Source: Squalus acanthias (taxonomy: Eukaryota). From it: DNA of 64,000 bases. The position numbers were made by a program, and so were the translations under genes. Positions 51,133 to 63,104 of this stretch are shown piece by piece. Each line of letters opens with the position of its first letter. Position 1 is the stretch's first letter. The stretch is taken from positions 136,774,001 to 136,838,000 of the forward strand of contig CM059432.1 of assembly GCA_030390025.1 (NCBI GenBank). The letters are read 5' to 3'. A model generated the notes under the pieces. That model worked only from the letters and a program-made list of their open reading frames with translations, ran no database searches and was not told the origin of the DNA.

Positions 51133-51964
51133 CTTCCCCTTTATCAATGGTCAGTCCCCTTTATCAATGGTCACTCCCCTTTATCAATGGTCATTCCCCT
51201 TTATCAATGGTCATTCCCCTTTATCAATGGTCACTCCCCTTTATCAATGGTCATTCCCCTTTATCAATGGTCACTCCCCTTTATCAATGGTCATTCCCCT
51301 TTATCAATGGTCATTCCCCTTTATCAATGGTCAGTCCCCTTTATCAATGGTCACTCCCCTTTATCAATGGTCATTCCCCTTTATCAATGGTCAGTCCCCT
51401 TTATCAATGGTCATTCCCCCTTATTAATGGTCACTCCCCTTTATCAATGGTCACTCCCCCTTATCAATGGTCACTCCCCTTTATCAATGGTCACTCCCCT
51501 TTATCAACGGTCACTCCCCTTTATCAACGGTCACTTCCCTTTATCAACGGTCATTCCCCTTTATCAATGGTCATTCCCCTTTATCAATGGTCAGTCCCCT
51601 TTATCAATGGTCATTCCCCTTTATCAATGGTCAGTCCCCTTTATCAATGGTCATTCCCCTTTATCAATGGTCACTCCCCTTTAGCAACGGTCACTCCCCT
51701 TTATCAATGATCATTCCCCTTTATCAATGGTCACTCCCCTTTATCATTGGTCAGTCCCCTTTATCAATGGTCAGGCCCCTTTATCAATGGTCACTCTCCT
51801 TTATCAATGGTCATTCCCCTTTATCAATGGTCAATCTCCTTTATCAATGGTCACTCCCCTTTATCAATGGTCACTCCCCTTTATCAATGGTCACTCCCCT
51901 TTATCAATGGTCAATCGCCTTTGTCAATGGTCACTCCCCTTTATCAATGGTCATTCCTCTTTAT
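51133..51964. repeat. 20-bp minisatellite TTATCAATGGTCA(C/T/G)TCCCCT, left arm (~41 units)
   Basis: Perfect 20-bp register with no indels. It generates the [20 protein letters not shown] ORFs. Confidence 0.97.
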
Positions 51965-53290
51965 AGAAACATGGAAACATAGAAGATAGGAGCAGGAGTA
52001 GGCCATTCAGCCCCTCGAGCCTGCTCCGCCATTCAATGAGATCATGGCTGATCATCCAAATTCAGTACCCTGTCCCTGCCTTCTCTCCCTATCCCTTGAT
52101 CCCTTTAGTTTTAAGAAATATATCTAACTCCTTCTTGAATATATTTAATGAATTGGCCTCTACTGCCTTCTGTGGTAGAGAATTCCACAGGTTCACCACT
52201 CTCTGGGTGAAGAAATTCCTCCTCATCTCAGTCCTAAGTGGCTTACCCCTTATCCTTAGACTGTGACCCCTGGTTCTGGACTCCCCCGCCATCGGGAACA
52301 TCCTTCCTGCATCTAGTCTGTCTAGTCCTGTTAGAATTTTATAAGTTTCAATGAGATCCCCTCTCATTCTTCTAAACTCCAGTGAGTATAAGCCCAATCG
52401 ACCCAATCTCTCCTCATACGCCATTCCTGCCATCCCGGGTATCAGCCTGGTGAATCTTCGCTGCACTCCCTCCATGGCAAGAACATCCTTTCTCAGATAA
52501 GGCGACCAAAACTGCACACAATACTCAAGATGTGGTCTCACCAAGGCCCTGTACAACTGCAGCAAGACATCCTTGTTCCTGAACTCGAACCCTTTCGCTA
52601 CGAAGGCCAACATACCATTTGCCTTCTTAACCGCCTGCTGCACCTGCATGCTTACCTTCAGCGATTGGTGCACAAGGACACCCAGGTCTCGTTGCACTTC
52701 CCCTTCTCCCAATCTATTGCCATTCAGATAATAATCTGCCTTCCTGTTTTTGACACCAAAGTGGATAACCTCGCATTTATCCACATTATATTACATCTGC
52801 TATGCTTCTGCCCAATCACCCAACCTGTCCAAATCATACTGGAGTTTCTCGGCATCCTCCTCACGGCACACACTCCCACCCAGCTTTGTGTCGTCTGCAA
52901 ACTTGGAGATATTACATCCAATTCCATCGTCCAGATCATTAATATATATTGTGAAAAGCTGGGGTCCTAGGACCGATCCCTGCGGTACCCCACTAGTCAC
53001 CGCCTGCCACTCGGAAAAAGACCCATTTATTCCAACTCTTTGCTTTCTGTCTGCCAACCAGTTCTCTATCCAAGTCAATACCTTGCCCCCAATCCCATGT
53101 GCCTTAACTTTACACGCTAATCTCTTATGCGGGACCTTATCGAAAGCCTTCTGAAAGTCCAAATACACCACATCCACTGGTTCTTCCTTATCCATTTTAC
53201 CAGTTACATCCTCAAAAAATTCCAGTAGATTAGTCAAGCATGATTTGCCTTTTGTAAATCCATGTTGACTTTGTCCGATCCTGTCACTGT
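51965..53290 (-). mobile_element. Well-preserved 5'-truncated CR1 LINE (RT and C-terminal region)
   Basis: ORFs 52800-53294 and 52089-52784 are in the same frame ([59 protein letters not shown]). They are separated by only two in-frame stops. The 3' microsatellite tail reads agaaacatggaaacatag on the plus strand. Confidence 0.97.
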
Positions 53291-53773
53291 TCAATGGTCA
53301 CTCCCCTTTATCAATGGTCACTCCCCTTTTTCAATGGTCATTCCCCTTTATCAATGGTCACTCCCCTTTATCAATGGTCAATCGCCTTTATCAATGGTCA
53401 CTCCCCTTTATCAATGGTCATTCCCCTTTATCAATGGTCACTCCCCTTTATCAATGGTCAATCGCCTTTATCAATGGTCATTCCCCTTTATCAATGGTCA
53501 CTCCCCTTTATCAATGGTCACTCCCCTTTATCAATGGTCATTCCCCTTTATCAATGGTCACTTCCCTTTATCAATGGTCAATTGCCTTTATCAATGGTCA
53601 CTCCCCTTTATCAATGGTCACTCCCCTTTATCAATGGTCACTCCCCTTTATCAATGGTCACTCCCCTTTATCAACGGTTATTCCCCTTTATCAACAGTCA
53701 CTCCCCTTTATCAATGGTCATTCCCCTTTATCAATGATCACTTCCCTTTATCAATGGTCACTCCCCTTTATCA
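53291..53773. repeat. 20-bp minisatellite, right arm (~24 units)
   Basis: Same unit and the same variants (e.g. tcaatcgcct) as the left arm. Confidence 0.97.
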
Positions 53774-54429
53774 CTGTTTTTCTCAAAGAGGAAAAAAAAT
53801 TGCTGGCAACTGCCTGACTTTGGCAAGTAATTCGGAGCATGAAAATCAGATTCTTATTCTTCATTCACTGAACGCTCCAGAATGTCTGGTTTCGAACACA
53901 ATCCTGTGTTCTCCAAAAAGCGAGAACTGTGTACTGCAGAATTCTTTGCTCCCAAGAAATGTGAAATAATGATTTCCACTCACACGGGAGGGCATTAGCC
54001 GAAGTTGGAGAATCAACCTCCCAACTCCAGGGTGTCTTTATATTTCTCTGACTGAGTGATGAGCAGGCCCGGGAGATTACAAGCATTTGGCCGAGCGTTT
54101 GAGTGTAATGTCAGTCGGGTTTTCATCACCGGGGCTCAGAGTCATACAAAACGTACACACAGTAGGTGTCGGATCTATTACAATCTGGGTGACCTCAGAC
54201 ATAAATGGCTGAATTGTCGATGTTTACAAATTGTGTGTGCGTCTGAACTTCAATGGAGTGTGATTCTTTCTTGTGGGGTGGGGGGAGAAACACAAATCAG
54301 TGTTTCCGACTCATTGTAAACGGGTGAACAAGCAAAGCACCAGTTTGGACTATTAAAATCCGTTTTAAAATCTTCCGATGCTGTGCAAAGGAAGGCTTCA
54401 GCCATTTTCCCTCAGAATATCAGAAACAG

Positions 54430-54670
54430 ATGTGTGTGTATAAAAGTGTATGTGCATTCATGTATTTACATATGTGTGTGTATTATAACGTGTGTATGAC
54501 ACACACATATCTATGTGTCTATTATTTATATACATATGATTGTGGTGTGTATGAGAAATACAAGTCTGTGTGCCCATGTGTGTTATTTATATACATCTGA
54601 TTGTGTCAGTTTATGACATATATGTATTAGTTCTATACGTGTATGTTTGCGTATGTATTTCTGTGTGCGC
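54430..54670. repeat. Degenerate (TG/TA)-rich low-complexity tract
   Basis: tgtgtgtgtata...tatgtgtgtg...gtgtatgtttgcgtatgtat. Confidence 0.6.
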
Positions 54671-56938
54671 ATTTTTAATAGTTACAGCAATTAAAAAAGC
54701 AGTATTTCAACACAACAGTAATACTCAAGCTATTGCCCTCCACATGCCAGTCACGTGTAAATCCCATCATACGGAATGACAAGATGCAGAATGCTGTTTT
54801 AAAAGTTCACCAATGCAATAAGCATTACCATTTAATAAAAAAATAACGAGTTCGGTCAGTTTTTGTTTCCCGCACAGGTTGAGCAGATCAGCAATTATGT
54901 TTTTAAACACACTTATATTTTACTCATCAGTTCATCTGCACTGACGAACCGACGTCATGAATAAAAAAGAGAATATTATTTTCAGTCATTACTGTTGTGC
55001 GTAATTTACTGCAAGTACCTGAGAGCTCTGAAAGCTGAGCAGCAAGTCTGCAGTTTCCACTTCAGCCTGCACCCGCTCACGGTTTAAAGCATTTCCTTCC
55101 TCCAGCATTTCTTTTTAGCTATTATTACTGAGTCTAAAGTTCACGACCCCACGTTGGACACAAGCACAGCAGCACAATAGATATCAGAAATCTCTGTGTG
55201 GCGGTTCACGTGACACAGCTCCCACGGGGCAGGTATTGGAATGGTCTTATTACAAAGCCCTGTGCTGCTAACCTGCAACAAGATAAAAGAATCACCACTG
55301 ACAATGGGTTTTGAAAAATGATACATAAAAGAGTGCTATTAGCGATGCATATATAGAATTATGAATAATCAGTAAGAAAGGGCAAAGCAGCCTCGAGAAT
55401 CACCCACTAATCTTGACGTAAATGAAATATTAGAACCAAAACATTTTTGCAAATTCATCTGTGTTATAATTTGGCTCGTGGCCAAAATAGAGAATTTGGG
55501 ATGTGCACAGGACCTAGTCAGCAATTGAAGTAACTGGAAACGGCATTGCTACTGCTCACTGGTTTATTTTTCATACTTGCTATGAAAGGAATGATGCAAA
55601 AATGGAAAAGACATGTTTGGAGGATTGGCGAAGCAGGCGAATCATACGCGATGTAGTTCAAGATTAAGGGGGTAGAACCTGCACTGCGTTGAGTCCATTG
55701 ACTTCAATAGAAATAAATAATCATGACAGATGTAAAAGGAGTTGCCAATTCGCTATCACTGGTTTTGTAGTGTGGCACAAAGTCAAGATTACCCCCAGTG
55801 AGTCCAATTTCGGGGACCAACGCCCTGTGCTCCAATGGCTGCCCAGTTTGAGCATGTGTTGCCACCTTTGCACCCTGCACTGGGCACCGATGAGGTTCTG
55901 CCCCTATTTTCCATCAATCCTTTGAAGGTTTTTTTTTTCAAGTACATGTGGTCAGTTGACTGATTCAAGGGAGATTTTACGTTCAGGCTTATGCAAATGA
56001 GTTTGAGCAGAAACTTGGGCGTAACTTCAGCTCAACAAGACCGACACGGCATCCAGCGCATTCCGGGCGTATTTCTCGATTGCGCCCCTAGCGGAAAGTC
56101 GAGGCTAGTGTGTTTCACAGCTACTTTACATACTCTTAATCATTAAAATTTGATACCATTAACCTTTAGTGCACCGAGGGGGAGTTTACCCATCCTAGTA
56201 CGTCATTTCTCTGTGGACACTGACGACTTCACTTGTTCGTCGACAGACTGGTCTGTTTCTTAACGTCTTTACACGTCATAGATGGGCTGGTCAGTCTTCA
56301 CTCTTTAGGCCTTTTGATTGGGTGAACAAAAATATTAACAGCTTCTGGAGCCATTTTATTAGTCAATCAGAGGCTAATTTCTTGTAAAATATGCTCCCAG
56401 CTTCAAAACGGAGCATGGGAACCAGAATGACATGAAAAGTATAGAGAACATGGATAAAGCAGAAAAATGGGCTGAAGTTAAAAAAATATATAAAACAGCA
56501 AGAGAGTTAGAAAGAGGAGAGAATGGAGGGTCAAACGGCAGACACAAGTAAAAAAATCTTTTTAAAAACAGATTCAAAATCTGCGTTTGTTTCTGTGGTT
56601 TATGGTTAACATTGCAGTTATCAAATTCCGCTTGATACCCCAGTGGCATTATTGTTACATTATTGTTTGCTTAGCTCATACAACTAGCTGCTCCTGGGAG
56701 ATAGACGTTAATCTTCTCCTAAACCACAGGTCCCACCTCTCCTTCCCACCCTGGCGGAAGAATCCTTGTTCAACGCTTGAAATCAAAGTACTCGACTACC
56801 AAAAGAGAGTTTGACTTAAGACCACCTTGCGAATTAACAATTCAATCTTCATGAAGGGCATTTTTAACATGTCAGCATTTTGTTTCCCGAGAGGGAAATA
56901 TTACAGTTCAATCTGATCACTCGTGATAATATCCAGCC

Positions 56939-57177
56939 TAGGGTTGCTAACCCTCCAGCATTGTCCTGGAGTCTCCAGGAATTAAATAAAGATTAATCTC
57001 CTGTTACACTCTTACAAGCGACCCGGGAGAAAAATCATAGGGGCATTAAAAAAAATGGTGCGTTTTGTTCAATTCCTTTGAACACTTTTGTTTTCAGCTA
57101 CGAAAAATATTGCCTTGAGGACAGACGAAGATCATGTGTGAAACCGGGAATACGTCCAACCAGAGTTGGCAATTCTA
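56939..57177. mobile_element. hAT-type MITE (TAGGGTTGCCA termini)
   Basis: Termini tagggttgcta / tggcaattcta. Flanking 8-mers atccagcc / acccagcc match 7/8 as a TSD. Homologous to 58195-58494. Confidence 0.8.
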
Positions 57178-57433
57178 ACCCAGCCTGATATTATTACAAA
57201 TAGCAGCGCTAAACGAAACAATGAGAAATATTTAGCAACGACACTGTGGTGATTGGTATTGGATTTGATTTGTGTTGCTTTTATTGCGTCTCCTGAAGCT
57301 TATGGGATCTTCTTGATAATCCCTTGGGCAGGAAACCATTGTAAACAGACTTTCAAATATAGTTAATAAATATATATATATAATTAACTGTTCCTACAAG
57401 ATGTGCTTTTATCTTGGTCATGACTTGTACCTT

Positions 57434-57795
57434 AGAATCATAGAATCTTACTGCGCGGAAGGAGGCCATTCAGCCCGTCGTGCCTGTGCCGGCTCTTTGA
57501 AAGAGCAGTCCAATTAATTCCTCACCCCAGCATCTTCCCCAATAACCCTGCAAATTTGTCCTCTTCAAATACATGTCTAACTGCCTTTTGAAAGTTCCTG
57601 TGGAATCTGATTCCCGCACCCTTTCAGCTAGTGTATTCCACATCTAAACAACTCTCTGGGTGAAGAAATGTCTCCTCATTTCCCCTCTAGTTCTTTTGCC
57701 AGTGATTTTAAATCTATGACCTCTGGTCACTGACCCACTAGCCAGAGGAAACAACTTCTCCCTACTTGCTCTCTCAAAACCCCTCAGAATTTTGA
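57434..57795 (-). mobile_element. CR1 3' fragment
   Basis: agaatcatagaatc tail, ggaggccattcagccc and ctctgggtgaagaaatgtctcctcat (reverse complement of RRHFFTQRV). Confidence 0.85.
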
Positions 57796-58059
57796 AATGA
57801 CCTCAGCAGTCAATCCTGAATAGAAGCATCTTCCTGAATTTTGGATTTTGTTTTAAATCTACCCCAAATTAAATGACATTTTATTAAGATTGATTCGGAA
57901 CCATTCTTTTTTTTTTCTAAATTGCGATTTCTACTCCGCAACATACTTATTGTGTGTAAAATGGTGAAAGTGGTGGAAGTGGTAGGAAGTCTTCATCCTA
58001 GCCTCTTGCGAAATGAAGTGCGAGATTCACGAAAGCTGGCATGGATTGTAGGATATAAC

Positions 58060-58910
58060 GGGGTAGAAATTCATCGACACCCCTATTCCCCGTGTGAAAG
58101 CGACAGTGCTAGAGCAACACGCGCCCGAACCGGAAGGCCTGAGGCCTACCTGAATTGGGCCTTCTGTGCCTCAACAGGCAGCTTGTCCGTGCGATAGGGT
58201 TGCCAACCCTCCACGATTGACCTAGAGTTAAAGGTTAATCTCCTGGAAACTGCTGTGAGCAACCCCGGCAGAAAGATCATAGGGGCAATAAAAAAACAAA
58301 CGTGCGTTCTTTTCATTTTCTTTCAACATTTTCATTTATTAGTTATAAAAATATTGGAGATGCGAAAGAAAAGGTCGTTTGACCAGGGCGGGGCGGTTGG
58401 AGGTGGGGGGGGTGGGGGGGGGGCGGGGGGGTGAGGGCAGGAGGTCATGTGATGAAACCTCCAGGAATACGTCCAACCAGAGTTGACAACCCGACCTTGT
58501 GCAGGAGTGAATTTTGAGCCAACTGCCTCCTCAGGTAAGTACCGGGGTGGGGGTAGGGGGCAGAGAAGGACAGCTGGAGGGGCTGATCATGGCCAGCAGG
58601 GGTGCTGTGGAGCCAGGAGGGGCACTCCTGCGCCTCACAAATTATTTTTTTGAAGAATTAAAATTAAAATTTGACCTTTTTGGTGGCGAGAGGCTCCTAG
58701 GCCGCAGCCACACCAGGAAAAACCTGAGAAGCCGAATTTCTCAGAGGTTTCCTAAAATGAGCGGTTTGGCCCCTCGTTGGCCAATATGGCATCGCTCATT
58801 TCTCAGTTATCCTTGGGGCACAGGGCATCGTCCTGCAAAACTGGTCAATTCTTGCCCCCATTTTTGCCGGAGGGTAAAATGGGGGCACAACGATGACGGA
58901 GTTCTACCCC
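58060..58910. mobile_element. Non-autonomous TIR element (GGGGTAGAA termini) hosting a nested hAT MITE
   Basis: ggggtagaa at 58060 and ttctacccc ending at 58910. GC-rich interior. No clean TSD seen. Confidence 0.6.
58195..58494. mobile_element. hAT-type MITE, second copy, with an expanded G-tract
   Basis: tagggttgccaaccctcc ... ccagagttgacaacccga. Interior aligns to 56939-57177. The TSD is degenerate (5/8). Confidence 0.75.
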
Positions 58911-59515
58911 AGTGTGCACAGGGGCAGTCATTTGTTCCTGCAAGTCACTTTATAAAGTAAGCTGGTCAAACTCAAGGACCTACAACCTCAATTCAACATT
59001 CTTCAGGTAGTGAGTCACACTGCAATGGCAAAGGCAGGAAGAAATCGAGACAGAGTGATGGATCTGTGATAACAAGAAAAGTAATTCTTATAAAACAAAA
59101 ACCCTCCAGTGCATATAGTGCTCACAATAATGGATGACTTCAGTGAATTTGGAAGGGAGATCTAATCTCAGAGCACAGCTGACAAAAATATAATCCTCTT
59201 GAGCTTGGTTTCTCCTGGTCGTATAACAACAGTTGAGCCCATCGTCGTCCATCTATAATTTACTAAAAAGTATTTCAGTTTTGCATTGTAGAAAATAAAA
59301 TAAAAGTTAAAGATCGCATATTATCTGCATTATAAAAAATCAGTCACATCTCCTATCAGAGAGTCTTTCGCATTATATTCAATGTTTCATTTCTACACTT
59401 CACTTCCAGTGAAAGTGGACATGCACAACACAAGGGATGGTGGCTTATTCTTCCATGACTCAATGCTTTTAGCCTATCTTTCAAAACTATCTGAATGTGG
59501 CAGTGAATGATAATG

Positions 59516-60582
59516 GGGGCTAAATTGAGGCGAGTAGCATCTTTTATTTCGGCGCTAGGCAGCCTCCTAAGGCCCCAAAATGGCAGGGAAGAAGCGTGCA
59601 CACATTACCGGCCGAAAGTATGCCGCCTGCCAAATTTGGAATAGGACAAAACAAGAGGTGTCTTTTGAGGACTTACCTGGTGCGGCTCCTACCGCAGAGC
59701 CACCTTTAAGATGACGAGGTCGAAGGCCCAATATCCGGGGCTCCTCTTACCACACCATTCATGCGCGGGGGAATATCGGCGTGCCGGGGAGGACGCTCCT
59801 AAATTTACTCCCCAAATATGTCTTGATAAAAGCCACCAAAATGATTCTCCATTTTTTGTAATGAACGATCGGCAATATACAAAAGTGATCAGGATTGGTG
59901 ATTTTTCAGCAACAATTTCACTGCACTTGCAATTTAGTCTCAGTTATTGTATTTTTATTTTTGTGTATTTTTAAATAAAATCCTATATTTGCCCCATTCT
60001 ATTCGCTTTCTCCAGCAGGCATCGGAGGTTGGGCATTGAAGTGCCGATCAGGCACTGCCCACTCCAACTGCTGAAGCCGCCACATCGATTCCCGCCCGAG
60101 GCCCAGCGGGGATGCCGTGGAGGCCAGTGGACGGCAGCGGGAATTTGGGCGGCAGGACACCTCCGTCAGGGACCTCCGAAGGAACAATCCCCACCGGTCA
60201 GGCAAGTTAATTGGGTGGGAGTGGGCGGAAGGCGGTGGGCTTCACGGTCATAGGTGGAGAACACATGGGGCAGGAGGCCCCAAGGTTTCCTTGTGGGGGC
60301 CAGGAGATGAACTCCCACTCCTCACTGGCTCCCTACCGCTGTGTTTTCGCTGGCAGCTCTGGCACTGTGCGCGATTCGCTGTTAAAATCGGGGTGGAGGG
60401 GGGTCTGAACGACATCATCGGCACCCAACATTTGAACATTGACGAGGATTGTGCCGGCCTGCCTGTGGCCCGAATCAGAGGAGGTTAAAATGGCGGCATG
60501 CGCGAACGCATCAGGAACGCCCGCCATTTTAACCCCTGCATGCACCGCTCTCGCCGATGAGCAGGTTTTAAAAATTGGGGCT
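59516..60582. mobile_element. Two GC-rich MITE-like relics (~59516-59813 and ~59991-60582)
   Basis: Terminal motifs gggggctaaatt / aatttactcccc and gccccatt / aattggggc. Internal IR ggttaaaatggcgg / ccgccattttaacc at 60483-60534. Confidence 0.45.
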
Positions 60583-61093
60583 CACAACCCTGCTTCAGAA
60601 CACAAACAGTCCACTTGTAACACCATCAGAGCTTCAGATTATGGAAGTGAGGTTTGAGCAGTGATCATGTGATCACCTGACCCCCCCCCTCAGTGAGATT
60701 GCTTCAAGGCAAATCTAAGAGCACTTCACCTGATCACATTTCACCATTCACATTGATTATTATGAGTTTTGATCAAAGCTTTTACTTTGAATGTCTTGAG
60801 CTCTATTGACAATTGGACATGTTTTAAAGCAGTCTAGTTCCTGGAACAAACTATCCTATCTCTGTTACTTCCTCCAGCCCTACAACTCTCCCAGATTTCT
60901 GCGTTCCTTCAATTCTGGACTCTTGCGCATCTCTGATTTCCTTTGCCCCACCATTGGCGGCCATGCCGTCAGCTGCCTCGGCCCCAAGATCTGAATTTCC
61001 CTCCCTAAACTTCTCCGGCTCTCTGTCTCGCTCTTCTCTTTTAGACGCTCCTTAAAACCTACCTCTTTGATCGCATGTCCTAATATCTCCTTA

Positions 61094-61388
61094 GATTTAA
61101 ACCCATCTTTGTTTTATTATCCCATTACCACCCGCTTTTGCCTTGCATCGTCATCGCTTTTGTCATTTAATCTCTCCTGCCTTCCACCCTATCACAGACC
61201 TACCCTTTTGTTCTTTCCTCCCATTCCCCCCTTTCCCTGCCTGTGTACTTCCTTAAAACCTGTTACATCTCTAAATTGTTCCAGTTCTGATGAAAGGTCA
61301 CCGACCTGAAACATTAACTTTGTTTCTCTCTCCACAGATGCGGTCTGACATGCTGAGTATTTCCAGCATTTTCTGATTTTATTTCTAA
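61094..61388 (+). mobile_element. Penelope-type tail (same family as 6883-7741)
   Basis: Aligns to 7420-7710 (ccaccctatcacagacct...tctgatgaaaggtca..gacctgaaa...ctctccacagatg...ttccagcattttctg). Confidence 0.85.
61283..61319 (+). ncRNA. Minimal type I hammerhead motif (helix III mutated)
   Basis: agtt-CTGATGA-a-aggtc(acc)gacct-GAAA-catt-aact. Confidence 0.75.
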
Positions 61389-62149
61389 TATGTGGCTCGG
61401 TGCCAAATTTTGTTTGATAACCCTCCTGTGAAGCATCTTGGGACATTTTACTACGTTAAAGGCGCTGTATAAATGCGAGTTGTTGTTGAATATGGTATCA
61501 GACTTTCCTGGGGCATCAATAAGTGGCCAAGGTGCCCCTGCCCGATTTCCAACTCCTCTGGCCGCAACGTTTTTCAGGCGCAAAACAGACAACCGTGAGT
61601 TCAATTTCTCCTCCCGGTTAAAACGGCCCATCAAAAAAAAAAAATCTGTAAAAAAATAAATAAAGCTTCCTTAAATTGAGAGTTTCCAATTGAAAGGTGG
61701 AATCATCCGTCTTTCACCCATCTTCTCCAGCATTTCAAATGATGACCATCTGTCAGCAGTAGATGTGAAAATGTAAACATAGCCCTCCAAATAGTTTGCC
61801 TGTCATTTTCGATACAAGAAAGAAATGAATGAAAAAAGTAAAAGATTGTGACATGAAACCAGCTGGCAAAAGGACTCCTGTCAAATAACTCATGCAGCTC
61901 ATGGGAATAGTATCCATCAAACTGACAGTCTCTTTTGGAAGAGTCGGACTGACTACATCCAGTTAGTTAGCTACCATTCAAAAGTAGCTATTCCAAAAGT
62001 ATTCAGTCCATTTATGCTGTCAGTGTTCTGGTGAAAACTTTTAAGCTGTCGTTTCTCTTTCTAAGAAGCTGAAGGTCCATTATGGGTGGATTTTATTTCC
62101 CGATGCACGTGCTCTGAGCTATGACCAATTTTCCTGAGTCTTCAAATTC

Positions 62150-62510
62150 CACTGGTCGATATTGGTGTGCGGATGATTAAAACGAGGCCCCGTCTGCCCT
62201 CTCAGGTGAACGCAAAAGATCCCATGGCCAGTATTTTGAAGAAGAGCAGGGGAGTTCTCCCCGGTGTCCTGGCCAATATTTATCCCTCAACCAACGTTGC
62301 CGCGTTTCCTACATTACAACAGTGACTGCCAACATTCCCGCTAAGCTGCAAGGTCACTCAGCCAGTTAAAGGGACCGTGCACGAAAAAAAAATGAGAGGG
62401 AACATTGGTGACTACACTTCAAAAGTACTTAGTTGGCTATAAAGCACTTTGGGATGTCCTGAGGTCGTGCAAGGCGCTATATAAATGCAAGTCTGTCTAT
62501 CTTTCTTTCT
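62150..62510 (+). mobile_element. Deu-SINE interrupted by a 78-bp MITE
   Basis: Deu core aaagatcccatggcc...gagcaggggagttctccccggtgtcctggccaatatttatccctcaacc and the SINE tail. Confidence 0.85.
62330..62407. mobile_element. Tiny hAT-type MITE (78 bp)
   Basis: Termini caacattccc / gggaacattg. TSD gtgactgc / gtgactac matches 7/8 and duplicates the SINE's own gtgactac. Confidence 0.8.
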
Positions 62511-63104
62511 AAGTGTCTGTATTCACCTTCTTTGTCCACCATCTTATCGGAGACATTAAGCAGTATCATTTTAATCTGTTAACACAGTCATTAAAAAGAT
62601 AGACAAAGGAATTTTTTTACAAACACATTAATTGCTTGTCTTCTAATATTACATCATCATTTCAAGGACCTAATGCTTTCTCTTAACTTAACTTAACACA
62701 AAAGGCACAACAAAACCTCACCATTTGAATCTGGTTGACCTTTTGACCTTTCTGAGGCTGGATTCTGGTCTACACTGCAGTGTTTTTTTTTGAGGGGGGC
62801 AGAAAACGATCCTTGCAAGTCGTCAGAAACGTATTTAAAGCCGATTTTTCAGGATAGTAATTTGGAAATTGGAAATAAAATGACTTAGTTAATCAGAGAT
62901 ACAAGCTGCCCAGGTGATATCTTTCTGTACGATGGTGCTAATTTGAGTAAAATAACATTGGTTTCTAGAGCTAAATTATGTTCATGTGAAGCAGCACATA
63001 CTATAATGGCGACATTCGTAGATTTTACAAATATCGTAATGGAACCCTATCTACTTTCCCTCCCTCCACCCATTGCTGCTGCAAAGGAGACAGAAATATT
63101 ACAG

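Larger units (their letters stand above)
60850..61490 (+). mobile_element. L2-type 3' tail interrupted by a Penelope tail
   Basis: The host junction gtcctaatatctcctta|tgtggctcgg is intact at 5934-5960 and split here at ~61093/61389. Confidence 0.8.

Noticed and set aside
51141..51160. 20-bp unit derived from the CR1 GINGSFS coding segment (ataaatgggtcattttcc)
   Set aside because: The short, gapped similarity is too weak to support an origin.
52530..53154. Plus-strand ORFs of 146 and 134 aa
   Set aside because: Antisense shadows of the CR1 RT frame.
51127..53969. [20 protein letters not shown] ORFs as genes
   Set aside because: All three frames give the same peptide because the 20-bp unit is stop-free. 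This is repeat read-through.
54941..54965. ctgacgaaccgacgtcatgaata as a hammerhead
   Set aside because: No paired stem II and no GAAA.
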